A program made the position numbers and the translations under genes. From Verrucomicrobiia bacterium (lineage in GTDB: Bacteria > Verrucomicrobiota > Verrucomicrobiia > Limisphaerales > DASXHY01): DNA of 64,000 nucleotides. The notes beneath the pieces were generated by a model. It ran no database searches. It saw only the letters and a list, made by a program, of their open reading frames with translations, and was not told the origin of the DNA. Below, one piece after another: positions 53,827-62,680 of this stretch. The stretch covers positions 2,514 to 66,513 of the forward strand of contig DASZLX010000022.1 in NCBI GenBank assembly GCA_035552155.1. The letters are read 5' to 3'. How positions within the stretch are numbered: the first letter of the stretch is position 1; the number at the start of each line of letters is the position of its first letter.

Positions 53827-55272
53827 TTGCTTCAGCTGCAGGGGCGGAACTCCGGCGACGCCGAATTGCGTCGCACCGGAATTCCCGTCCTCGGCACCGT
53901 GCCCTGGGGTACTCATTGCTGTCACTTTTACGAAACCAAGGAAGACCTGCTTGAAAGCCTCACCGGCTTCTTCAAAGCCGGGTTGGAAGATGGAGAATTT
54001 TGTCTTTGGATCGTCTCTCCGCCGATTTCGATCAACAACGCCATCGCCGCCTTGCGCAATGCTGTTCCCGATTTCGAAGAGCGCCTGACCCGCCACGATA
54101 TTGAAATCATTCCCTACGAACAATGGTACCTGACCGATGGCGTCTTCGACCTGTCGCGCCTGAAGGAACGGTTGCGTGAAAAACTTAATGAGATGTCTCA
54201 AACCGGCCACACCGGCGCGCGGGCCACGGGAAATACCGGCTGGCTGCACGAGAAGGACTGGCGCGACTTTCGTGAATACGAGAAGGAGCTCAATTCCCTG
54301 ATCGCCGACCAGCGCATCGTGGTGCTTTGCACCTATCCGCTCACCACCACTCCGGCGGCGCAAATTATGGACGTCGCGAGTGTTCACAACCTCGTGACGG
54401 CCCGGCGCCACGGGCATTGGGAGGTGGTTGAGACGCCTGAATTAAAAGAGGCCAATGCCAGGATTCAAAAAGCCAGCGAGCAGCTGGAGCGGCGCATCCG
54501 CGACCGCACTCATGCGCTGGCGGCAACCAACGCGCTTTTAACCGCCGAGAACATCAAACGCGCCACGGTGGAAAAGGCATTGCGCGATTCGCAAAAACAG
54601 CTTCGCGCGCTCGCCGCCCGGCTCGAATCCCTGCGCGAAGAAGAGCGCCTGCGCATCTCGCGCGAAATCCATGACGAACTGGGCCAGAAACTGACGGCCC
54701 TGAAAATGGATTTGCTCTCGGCCGAACGCAAGCTCGACCATTTGCAGCGCTCCCCCGGCCGCAATCAGGCCCTGGACCGCGTCGTCAGTGCCACCGGCCT
54801 CGTCGACGAAATCGTTACTTCGGTCCAGGAAATCGCCTCGGACCTGCGGCCCGGCGTGCTCGACAAATTGGGGCTGGGGATGGCCCTGCAATCCGAGGCG
54901 CGGCGCTTTGAGCAACGCACCCGGATTCAATGCGAGGTGCATCTCCCCAATGCCGACCCGCCGCTTTCGACCGAAATCTCGGTGGCGCTCTTCCGCATTT
55001 TCCAGGAATGCCTCACGAACGTCGCCCGCCACGCCGGCGCGGAAAAGATCGTGGCCGATTTGAAAATGGACGGCGACTGCGTCGAACTGCGCGTGCGGGA
55101 CAACGGACTGGGAATCCCGACGGTTCGCATGGATGATCCCGAATCCCTCGGTCTCTTGGGAATGAAAGAACGCGCCGCGCTGCTCGGCGGCGAAGTTTTG
55201 TTTCAAACCGGGCGCGAAGGCGGCACCGTGGTCACCGCCCGCATTCCCCTCGAGTGGACCGTGGCCCAATAA
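53827..55272 (+). CDS. Sensor histidine kinase with an N-terminal MEDS domain and a HisKA_3/HATPase core
   Basis: MEDS-like GTHCCHFYETKEDLLESLTGFFKAGLEDGEFCLW, a coiled coil, H-box ISREIHDELGQKLTAL and HATPase LRVRDNGLGIP. No response regulator lies adjacent. Confidence 0.8.
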   Translation: MLQLQGRNSGDAELRRTGIPVLGTVPWGTHCCHFYETKEDLLESLTGFFKAGLEDGEFCLWIVSPPISINNAIAALRNAVPDFEERLTRHDIEIIPYEQWYLTDGVFDLSRLKERLREKLNEMSQTGHTGARATGNTGWLHEKDWRDFREYEKELNSLIADQRIVVLCTYPLTTTPAAQIMDVASVHNLVTARRHGHWEVVETPELKEANARIQKASEQLERRIRDRTHALAATNALLTAENIKRATVEKALRDSQKQLRALAARLESLREEERLRISREIHDELGQKLTALKMDLLSAERKLDHLQRSPGRNQALDRVVSATGLVDEIVTSVQEIASDLRPGVLDKLGLGMALQSEARRFEQRTRIQCEVHLPNADPPLSTEISVALFRIFQECLTNVARHAGAEKIVADLKMDGDCVELRVRDNGLGIPTVRMDDPESLGLLGMKERAALLGGEVLFQTGREGGTVVTARIPLEWTVAQ

Positions 55273-55275
55273 CAC

Positions 55276-55433
55276 GGGAATTGAACCGGAGATAACAGAG
55301 AAAACGAGAACGGAAGGCATCTCGCGTATTTTTTGCGCTTCCGAATGTGCCCGAATAGCGCGGCGTCGGTTACCTTCGTCCCTGCACCGATATAATTCCC
55401 AGTCTTCTCCGTTTCCTCTGTTATCTCCTGTTC
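55276..55433. repeat. Long inverted repeat (about 25-40 bp arms, about 87-nt spacer) between the kinase gene and lnt
   Basis: GGAGATAACAGAG (55288-55300) pairs perfectly with CTCTGTTATCTCC (55416-55428). The arms extend imperfectly outward (GGGAA...TTCCC) and inward (AACGAGAACGGAAG / CTTCTCCGTTT). Confidence 0.6.
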
Positions 55434-55486
55434 CCTTCCCCTTCCGAAAACTTGCCTTTCGAAACTTTTGAGGCAAGCTGCCGCCG

Positions 55487-57136
55487 TTGAAAAAATTTTC
55501 GCCCAGCGCATTTTTCCACGGACGCTTTCCGATCGCCATTGTCGCGGGACTGCTCCTCGCGCTGGCATTCCCGGATTTTGGCATCGCCGGTTTTGCGTGG
55601 GTTGCGCCGGGGCTCATTCTGGCCGCGGCCCTCGGCAAAAATGGCGCGGAAGCCTGGCGCATCGGTTACGTCGCCGGCCTGGCGCATTATCTCGGCTCGC
55701 TTTACTGGCTGCTCAACATACCCGTAAAAGGCTTTCCCATTCTCGGCTGGGTCGCGCTGGCGGCGTTTCTCGCCCTGTTCCCCGCCACCTGGGTTTGGTT
55801 GTCTCTCAAAATATCCAGCCTCCGACGCCAACTTCCCGGCGAAAGCTGGCCGCCCATCCTGCGAGAAATTTCCAAATTGAGTTGGGCCCATCGCATGTCC
55901 TGGGCCTTGCGCTGCGCGGCCATCTGGGTCGCGCTCGAAATGATTCTCGCGCGGATCTTTGGCGGATTTCCCTGGAACTTCCTCGGCGATTCGCAATATC
56001 GCATCCTCCCCCTGATCCAATTCGCCTCGTTGACCGGCGTTTATGGCGTGTCTTTTCTAGTCGCGTGGACTTCCGTGGCATTTCTTTGCGCGGCGGCCTC
56101 CATTCTCGGCGAGCCCAACCAACGCTCCCCCTGGATGGCGGAAATCATTTTGCCGTTCACCGCCGTGATCGCGGTATTCGTTTACGGCTTTCATCAACTC
56201 TCGAAGCCATCGGAAGCCGCACATCAATTGAAAGTCGCTCTCGTGCAACCCGGGATTCCGCAAACCTTGATTTGGAATCCGGACAATGACCTCGCGCGCT
56301 TCCAGGATTTGCTGCAACTTTCCGAACAGGCCTTGACCAATCAACCGGACTTGATTGTTTGGCCCGAAGCCGCCCTGCCTGGCTTGCCGCGTTATGAATC
56401 CCAATTTGGAAACCCCATTTCCGCCCTCGCCCGCGATCATCACACCTGGATGATCATCGGCGCCGACGATGCCGAGGCGACTCCCACCGCGACAAATTAT
56501 TTCAACGCCGCCTTTCTCATCGATCCCGACGGCAAACTTGCCAACAGCTACCGCAAGCGCGGCCTCGTAATTTTCGGCGAATACATTCCGCTCGAACGCT
56601 GGCTGCCGTTCATCAAATGGTTCACCCCCATCACCGGCAGTTACACCGCCGGCGACCGAGCCGTGCAGTTTGAATTAACGGACGCATCCGCTAAAGTTCC
56701 GCAAAAATTCCACACCTCCGTTTTGATTTGTTTCGAAGACGTCTTTCCCCATCTCGCCCGCAAAAGCGTCGAGCCCGACACCGACTTTCTCGTGAATATC
56801 ACCAACGACGGCTGGTTCGGCGAAGGCGCCGCGCAATGGCAACAGGCCGCCGCGGCCACCTTTCGCACAGTGGAAAACGGCGTGCCGCTCATCCGCTGCG
56901 CCAATACCGGCATCACCTGCTGGATCGACGCCAAAGGCCGCTGGGCCCAAAAATTCACCGACAAAAACGGCAGTGTTTACGGAGTGGGTTTCATGATCGC
57001 AACCGTCCCCCTTCCCGACCAGCATTCGCAGACGTTCTACAACCGGCACGGCGATTGGTTCGGCTGGGCGTGCCTGGCGCTGGCCATCGTGACGGTGCTC
57101 GCCACCTGGGAGCGCCGCCGTCCCGGCGGCCAGTGA
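55487..57136 (+). CDS. lnt: Apolipoprotein N-acyltransferase
   Basis: N-terminal multi-TM region followed by a CN-hydrolase domain (VALVQPGIPQ, VWPEAALP, ICFEDVFP). TTG start. Confidence 0.85.
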   Translation: MKKFSPSAFFHGRFPIAIVAGLLLALAFPDFGIAGFAWVAPGLILAAALGKNGAEAWRIGYVAGLAHYLGSLYWLLNIPVKGFPILGWVALAAFLALFPATWVWLSLKISSLRRQLPGESWPPILREISKLSWAHRMSWALRCAAIWVALEMILARIFGGFPWNFLGDSQYRILPLIQFASLTGVYGVSFLVAWTSVAFLCAAASILGEPNQRSPWMAEIILPFTAVIAVFVYGFHQLSKPSEAAHQLKVALVQPGIPQTLIWNPDNDLARFQDLLQLSEQALTNQPDLIVWPEAALPGLPRYESQFGNPISALARDHHTWMIIGADDAEATPTATNYFNAAFLIDPDGKLANSYRKRGLVIFGEYIPLERWLPFIKWFTPITGSYTAGDRAVQFELTDASAKVPQKFHTSVLICFEDVFPHLARKSVEPDTDFLVNITNDGWFGEGAAQWQQAAAATFRTVENGVPLIRCANTGITCWIDAKGRWAQKFTDKNGSVYGVGFMIATVPLPDQHSQTFYNRHGDWFGWACLALAIVTVLATWERRRPGGQ

Positions 57137-57175
57137 CATCGCGCTGACGTGCCGGCGAGACGCCGGCGCTCCCGG

Positions 57176-58879
57176 CTACTTCAGTAGCGCCTCCGCATGT
57201 TTCCTCGCCGCATCCGTTTGCCCGCCCAACATGCGGGTTAACTCCGCCACTCGTTCCTTTTTATTCAACAAGGAAATTTCCGAAATCGTCCGCCCGTCCT
57301 TCACTTGCTTGGTCACGACATAATGCGCCGTGCCCGCCGCCGCGACCTGAGGCAAATGCGTGATGCACAGCACCTGCCGTTTGTCCGCGATCTGCCGCAT
57401 CTTTTCGCCGACCGCATTGGCCGTCTCGCCGCCCACATTCGCGTCCACCTCGTCAAAAACGAGCACCGGAATTTCATCCTCCGCCGCCAACACCGTCTTC
57501 AACGCCAGCATCACGCGCGCCAGCTCGCCCGAGGACGCAATGGCGCGCAACGGTTTTGGCGGCTCGCCGGGATTCGGCGCGAATTGAAATTCCACCGCGT
57601 CGAAACCCGTTTGTCTCATCGTGATCGCCTCATCACCTGACGGAAAACCAGTCGTCATCGCCACCTCTAATTTGCTCTGCTTGAAACCCAGGTCAGCCAG
57701 TTGTTGGCTGACCGCCTTGCCGAGCTGGGGGATGATTTTTTTTCGTTTGGCGGAAAGCTCCTTTCCCGCCCGCAATAATTCCGAGTCCAATTTCGCCAGC
57801 GCGCCGTTCAGCCGCGCGAGTTCCTCATCGCGCTGCTCCAGGTCGTGCAGCTTTTGTTTCGCCTCGTCGCCAAAAGCGATCACGTCCGCGAGCGTCGCGC
57901 CGTATTTGCGTTTGAACGATTGCAGCAGGTTCAATCGCTCCTCCAATTCCTGCAGGCGCTCCGAATTCACATCCACCTTGTCCACATAATGCGAAAGGCC
58001 GGCCTGTAACTCGCGCAGCGCGGTCACCGCCTGCGCGTGCTGTGATAAAATTTCCGCCGCGCCCGGGTCAATGCGCTGCAATTCCTGCAAAGTGCGGCCC
58101 ACCACACCCGCTTGCGAAAGCAGCGAGTTTTCGTTTTCGGCGAGCAAATCAAGCGCGGCCTGGCTGAGTTGCAATAGTTTCGCCGAGTTGCTCGCGCGCC
58201 GATGCTCCTGCTCGATGATCTCGTCTTCCCCGGACTGAAGACGCGCGGATGTGATTTCGCCCACCTGAAAGCGCAACAAATCCAATTGTTGCGCGTACGT
58301 TTTCTCGTCCACAATCAAAGCAGCCTTCCCGGCTTCCAACTCCGACCGCCGCCGGACAAGTTCGGCAAAAGCCTCACGCTCATCCTGCAACGCTCCGAAG
58401 GCATCAAGTATGGCCAGTTGTCTCGCGGCGTGAAGAAGCGATTGATGCTCATGCGGACCGTGAATATCCACCAGCCATTCGCCGATGGTCGCAAGGGCCG
58501 CCAGCGTGGTCGGCGAGCCGTTGACGAATTGCCGGTTCGCGCCCGCGCTCGTAAACACACGCTTGAGCACAAGTTGGTTTTCCTCGCATGGCTCAAGACC
58601 GTTTTCTTCAAGAAAGCGTTCGAGTTCACTCTTTAGCGTGCGTTCGGAACGAGCCGAAGCTTGAACTCCCAAATCAAACACCGCCTCGACGGAACAACCA
58701 TCGCTGCCGCTGCGAATGAGCGTGCGGTCAGCGCGCTCGCCCAGCACCAGGTTCAACGCGCCGATCAAGATGGACTTGCCCGCGCCGGTTTCGCCCGTGA
58801 TGACGTTGCACCCCGGCTGGAGTTCCAGCGTCAGGTCGGTCACCAGGGCGAGGTTTTTGATGCGCAACGTCGTCAGCAT
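57176..58879 (-). CDS. recN: DNA repair protein RecN
   Basis: MLTTLRIKNLALV...ITGETGAGKSILIGAL Walker A, a long coiled coil and the C-terminal LVFDEVDANVGG motif. Start at 58879. Confidence 0.9.
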   Translation of the reverse strand: MLTTLRIKNLALVTDLTLELQPGCNVITGETGAGKSILIGALNLVLGERADRTLIRSGSDGCSVEAVFDLGVQASARSERTLKSELERFLEENGLEPCEENQLVLKRVFTSAGANRQFVNGSPTTLAALATIGEWLVDIHGPHEHQSLLHAARQLAILDAFGALQDEREAFAELVRRRSELEAGKAALIVDEKTYAQQLDLLRFQVGEITSARLQSGEDEIIEQEHRRASNSAKLLQLSQAALDLLAENENSLLSQAGVVGRTLQELQRIDPGAAEILSQHAQAVTALRELQAGLSHYVDKVDVNSERLQELEERLNLLQSFKRKYGATLADVIAFGDEAKQKLHDLEQRDEELARLNGALAKLDSELLRAGKELSAKRKKIIPQLGKAVSQQLADLGFKQSKLEVAMTTGFPSGDEAITMRQTGFDAVEFQFAPNPGEPPKPLRAIASSGELARVMLALKTVLAAEDEIPVLVFDEVDANVGGETANAVGEKMRQIADKRQVLCITHLPQVAAAGTAHYVVTKQVKDGRTISEISLLNKKERVAELTRMLGGQTDAARKHAEALLK

Positions 58880-59033
58880 TTGGACGCCACAGATAAGCAC
58901 AGATGACCACGGATGCAAAAAGGAAATTGGGCGCGAATTGGGTGAATTATTTATGGAGCGATTTGAATTCGTGTTAATTAGCAGGGCGGACGCATCTTAA
59001 TTTTTTAGCGCGATGTTTCGTTGGACATTTGGT

Positions 59034-59061
59034 TTGACATTAGAATCATCATAATTAAAAT
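59034..59061 (+). promoter_or_regulatory. Sigma-70-like promoter candidate TTGACA-N16-TAAAAT
   Basis: Hexamers read directly from the sequence. The predicted start falls at the base of the 59063-59099 hairpin, about 230 nt upstream of the MBL-hydrolase ATG. Confidence 0.4.
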
Positions 59062-59062
59062 G

Positions 59063-59099
59063 CGCCTACCCATTTGCCACAGCTACAAATGGGTAGGCG
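59063..59099. repeat. Perfect 14-bp inverted repeat hairpin (CGCCTACCCATTTG / CAAATGGGTAGGCG, 9-nt loop)
   Basis: Read directly from the sequence. On the minus strand it is followed by CATTTTAATTAT, which is T-rich. Confidence 0.7.
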
Positions 59100-59293
59100 A
59101 TGGGAATTTAAGGCCGCAACATTTTGAATACCTGGGCGGGTTTTCGCACATGCGATTTCGGGGCTTCGGCAGATTGACCGTCGGCTCAATTCCCTGATAA
59201 ATAATTTCTCATTGGAATCTTTGGAAATTAGACGCTCTAGCCCTGTGTTAATTAGTGGAATTCGTATCAACGATTCTGCTAACTTCAAATCAC

Positions 59294-60091
59294 ATGGCGT
59301 TCGAATTTATTTTTCTCGGCACCGGCACCTCGCAGGGCGTGCCCATCATCGGCAAGGATTATCCGCCGGAATTTTTGGCCAACCCGAAAAACTGGCGCAC
59401 CCGGCCATCCATTTACATCGCCACGGAAAAAACGAAGCTGATCGTGGACACCACCCCGGAATTTCGCCTGCAATGCCTGCGCGAAAAACTCAACTGGCTT
59501 GACGCCGTGATTTTCACCCACTCGCACGCCGACCACGTGATGGGCCTCGACGATTGCCGCCGGTTCTGCGACCTGCGCGGCGGCAATGCCCTGCCGGTTT
59601 ACGCGAACACCGCCACGATGGATGTCCTCAAACGCGTTTTCGCTTACGCCTTTCACGACGGCCCCTGGCCGAGGGGCTATTTCATTCCCGAACCGCACAT
59701 CGTGGACGGCCCGTTTACGCTCGGTGATTTGGAAATCATCCCCCTGACGTTGCCGCACGGCTCGATGAACACCAACGGCTATCTTTTCGTCCAGGACGGA
59801 AAAAAACGCCTCGCCTACCTGAGCGATTGCAAGGAAGTGCCGCTGGACGAGGTGGAAAAAATCCGCGGCGTCGAAGTCGTCGTGCTGGACGCGTTGCGGA
59901 AGGCGCCGCATCCCACGCACATGAGCCTGGATGAAGCGTTGACCGCCGCGCGCCGCATCGGGGCGGGCCGCACCTATTTCACGCACCTGACCCACGATTA
60001 CGATCATGATATCTCGCAAGCCGAGCTTCCCCCCGGTGTCCTGTTGGCGTATGATGGCTTGAAAGTGGATTGCGCCGGCAAAAACTTGTGA
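59294..60091 (+). CDS. MBL-fold metallo-hydrolase (PhnP-like)
   Basis: [12 protein letters not shown]-terminus and the HSHADH motif. 265 aa from the ATG at 59294. Confidence 0.8.
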   Translation: MAFEFIFLGTGTSQGVPIIGKDYPPEFLANPKNWRTRPSIYIATEKTKLIVDTTPEFRLQCLREKLNWLDAVIFTHSHADHVMGLDDCRRFCDLRGGNALPVYANTATMDVLKRVFAYAFHDGPWPRGYFIPEPHIVDGPFTLGDLEIIPLTLPHGSMNTNGYLFVQDGKKRLAYLSDCKEVPLDEVEKIRGVEVVVLDALRKAPHPTHMSLDEALTAARRIGAGRTYFTHLTHDYDHDISQAELPPGVLLAYDGLKVDCAGKNL

Positions 60092-60128
60092 GTCGGGCCG
60101 CTTCGGGCTAATTTCACTCTGCAATTTC

Positions 60129-61769
60129 ATGGGAAAATTCTTAATTGTCATTTTGCTTTTCGCCGCCACGGGCGCAGTCCGCGCCGCGAACCCGGGCGAC
60201 GAGGTGATTGTCATTTACAACAGCCGCCTGCCCGAATCAAAAAACGTGGCCAATTATTACGCCGCCAAGCGCAAAGTCCCGCGCAGCCAGATTTTCGGCT
60301 TTGCCCTGACCACCAACGAAGACATCTCGCGGGCGCAATTTCACGACTCGCTCGAAAAGCCGCTCGCCCGCGAATTGGAATCAAAAAAACTCTGGCACAT
60401 CGGATCGCAAATTCTTCCGTCCACGAATGAACCGGGAAAAGTCGTGTGGGGCGTCAAACAATCAAAAATCCGTTATGCCGTCCTCTGCTATGGCGTGCCG
60501 GTACGAATTGAGGAGGATGGCTCCCTCAAGGAAAAAAATGAAGCGGACGTCCGTCCTGAATTGCGCCGAAACGGCGCCGCCGTCGACAGCGAACTCGCCC
60601 TGCTGCCCTGCATCGAACAGGATTTGCCGCTGACCGGCCCCCGGATGAACGCCTTTTTTACCACCACCAACGCCGACCGGTTCAACCCGACCAACGGCAT
60701 CCTCATGGTCACGCGCCTCGATGGCCCAAACGCCGACATCGCGCGCGGCCTGGTGGATAAATCCATGGAGGCTGAGACGAACGGATTATGCGGGCGCGCT
60801 TATTTCGACCTCCGCAACCTGCCGACCAATTCCCCCTATAGCATGGGCGATCAATGGATTCTTGGCGCGGGAAAAGTCTGCCAGTATTTCGGCGGCTACG
60901 AAACCATCTTCGACACTAACGCCGCCACGTTCCCCGCGGATTTTCCCATGAGCCAGATCGCAATCTATTGCGGCTGGTACGATGAAAACGCGAGCGGCCC
61001 CTTCGCGCAAAAGAACGTCGAGTTCATGCCCGGCGCTTTTGCGTATCATCTGCATTCCTTCAGCGCCGCGGTCGTGCGCAGCACCACCGAACGCTGGGTC
61101 GGCCCGCTGCTCGCCAAAGGCGCGGCAGCCACTATGGGTTGCGTGGCGGAGCCCTATCTCAGCGGCACTCCGGATGTCTCCGTGTTTTGCGCCCGCTGGA
61201 TTGCGCTGGGCTTCACGTTCGGTGAAGCGGCCTATGCCAGTCAGGAAACTCTTTCCTGGCAAACGACCGTCATTGGCGACCCGCTTTATCGCCCCTTCGG
61301 AAAACCCCTTCAAACGCTCATCGAGGAACAGGATGCGGCGCACAGCAAATGGATTGATTGGTCGTATTTGCGCGCCGCGAACATCAGCCTGTGGCGCGGC
61401 AAACGCCCCTCCGACGTCGCCGCTATTCTGCAAAATCTTCCCCTCTCCAAAGAAAGCGCCGTCCTGACCGAAAAGATTGCGGACTTGTACGAGGACGCGG
61501 GCATGCCGGCTTCCGCCATCGAGGCGTACGAGAATGCGTTGAAACTTGATGCTTCTCCCCTGCAACGCGTGCGCATCCGGCTGGTCCTGGCCAAAGAACT
61601 GGCCGCTGAAAACAAAACCAAAGAAGCCTACAGCGACTTGAAATCCTTGCTGGAGGAAGACCCGGATTATCCCGGTAGACCGGCAGTGGTGAAAAGGATC
61701 ATGGAATTGGCAACCAAACTTGGCGACCCGCAGGCCGTCTCCGCTCTCCCGAGCGGATCTAATCCCTAG
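60129..61769 (+). CDS. Conserved secreted hypothetical protein (TIGR03790-like) with a C-terminal TPR-like region
   Basis: Signal peptide. The N-terminal VIVIYNSRLPESKNVANYYAAKRKVP resembles the TIGR03790 family as I remember it. The C-terminal region is helical with TPR-like repeats. Confidence 0.5.
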   Translation: MGKFLIVILLFAATGAVRAANPGDEVIVIYNSRLPESKNVANYYAAKRKVPRSQIFGFALTTNEDISRAQFHDSLEKPLARELESKKLWHIGSQILPSTNEPGKVVWGVKQSKIRYAVLCYGVPVRIEEDGSLKEKNEADVRPELRRNGAAVDSELALLPCIEQDLPLTGPRMNAFFTTTNADRFNPTNGILMVTRLDGPNADIARGLVDKSMEAETNGLCGRAYFDLRNLPTNSPYSMGDQWILGAGKVCQYFGGYETIFDTNAATFPADFPMSQIAIYCGWYDENASGPFAQKNVEFMPGAFAYHLHSFSAAVVRSTTERWVGPLLAKGAAATMGCVAEPYLSGTPDVSVFCARWIALGFTFGEAAYASQETLSWQTTVIGDPLYRPFGKPLQTLIEEQDAAHSKWIDWSYLRAANISLWRGKRPSDVAAILQNLPLSKESAVLTEKIADLYEDAGMPASAIEAYENALKLDASPLQRVRIRLVLAKELAAENKTKEAYSDLKSLLEEDPDYPGRPAVVKRIMELATKLGDPQAVSALPSGSNP

Positions 61770-61776
61770 TTTAATC

Positions 61777-62586
61777 ATGCCCGTTTTCTACGACACCCAC
61801 GCGCACCTCGACTATCCCGATTTCGCGCCGGATTTCGAGCAGGTCATCCAGCGGGCCAATGCCGTCGGCATCCAAAAAATGATTTCCATCGGCACAGACC
61901 TGGACAGCAGCCGGCGCGCGATCGAGTTGGCCGAAAAATTCCCCTGCCTCTATGCGGTGGCGGGCTGGCATCCTTCCGACGCGCTGCGCGCGCCCGATGA
62001 TATCCGCGAAGCGCTGCGCGAATTGGGACGCCATCCGAAGGTAGTGGCCCTCGGCGAAACCGGCCTGGATTACCATCGCTTGCCCAGCGAGAAACCGGAA
62101 TTCACCAACGCGGACGACGAACAATATAAGCAAAAACAAGCCGCGCTTTTCCGCCAGCACGTGGAAGTCGCCGCCGAGTTAAAGTTGAATTGCGTGATTC
62201 ACCAACGCGACGCCCTTGAGGACACGCTTGCGCAGCTTCAACCTTTTGCCGACCGCGTGCGCGGTGTTTTTCATTGCTTCGCCAACGACGCGGCGACGAT
62301 GAAACGAATTCTCGCCATGAATTCGCTGGTCAGTTTCACCGGCATCGCCACCTTCAAGAACGGCCAAAACGTCCGCGAGACCATCGCCGCCACGCCGCTC
62401 GGCCAGTTCATGCTGGAAACGGACTGCCCGTACCTCGCGCCGGTCCCCTATCGCGGCAAGCGTTGCGAGCCGGCTTACGTGAAGGAGATTTCGGAAGTCG
62501 TGGCACAAGTCAAATCCTGTTCCCTCGAAGACCTCAGCGCCGCCACCTGCGCGACCGCGCATGGCTTTTTCAAAAAATTAACGTAG
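61777..62586 (+). CDS. tatD: TatD family metal-dependent hydrolase
   Basis: FYDTHAHLD N-terminal motif, GETGLDY, IHQRDA and LETDCPYL. Confidence 0.9.
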   Translation: MPVFYDTHAHLDYPDFAPDFEQVIQRANAVGIQKMISIGTDLDSSRRAIELAEKFPCLYAVAGWHPSDALRAPDDIREALRELGRHPKVVALGETGLDYHRLPSEKPEFTNADDEQYKQKQAALFRQHVEVAAELKLNCVIHQRDALEDTLAQLQPFADRVRGVFHCFANDAATMKRILAMNSLVSFTGIATFKNGQNVRETIAATPLGQFMLETDCPYLAPVPYRGKRCEPAYVKEISEVVAQVKSCSLEDLSAATCATAHGFFKKLT

Positions 62587-62680
62587 CCGCCGGTGCGGGG
62601 AGGCTCCGGCCCCGGGAGCGCCGGCGTCCCGCCGGCAAGTTGAGGGAATTATTCCAGCGCGCCACCACCGCTTCCCAGTG

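Larger units (their letters stand above)
58965..59263. other. AT-rich element of about 300 bp, bounded by imperfect inverted repeats centred on TTAATTA (candidate MITE-like insertion or sRNA locus)
   Basis: GAATTCGTGTTAATTAGCAGGGC (58965-58987) versus GCCCTGTGTTAATTAGTGGAATTC (59240-59263). The interior is AT-rich and contains the promoter-like and hairpin features listed below. Confidence 0.35.

Noticed and set aside
53431-54417. 328-aa ORF on the minus strand
   Set aside because: It lies antisense to the well-supported MerR-like and MEDS-kinase genes. Its Arg/Gly/Ala-rich composition is typical of shadow ORFs in GC-rich DNA, and I saw no recognisable motifs.
54538-55662. 374-aa ORF on the minus strand
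   Set aside because: It is antisense to the histidine-kinase core and the lnt start. It is low-complexity and Arg/Gly-rich, so I treat it as a shadow ORF.
59285-61778. Two long minus-strand ORFs (59285..60214 and 60786..61778)
   Set aside because: They lie antisense to the MBL-hydrolase and TIGR03790-like genes, both of which have clear motifs or signal peptides. The composition is typical of non-coding frames.
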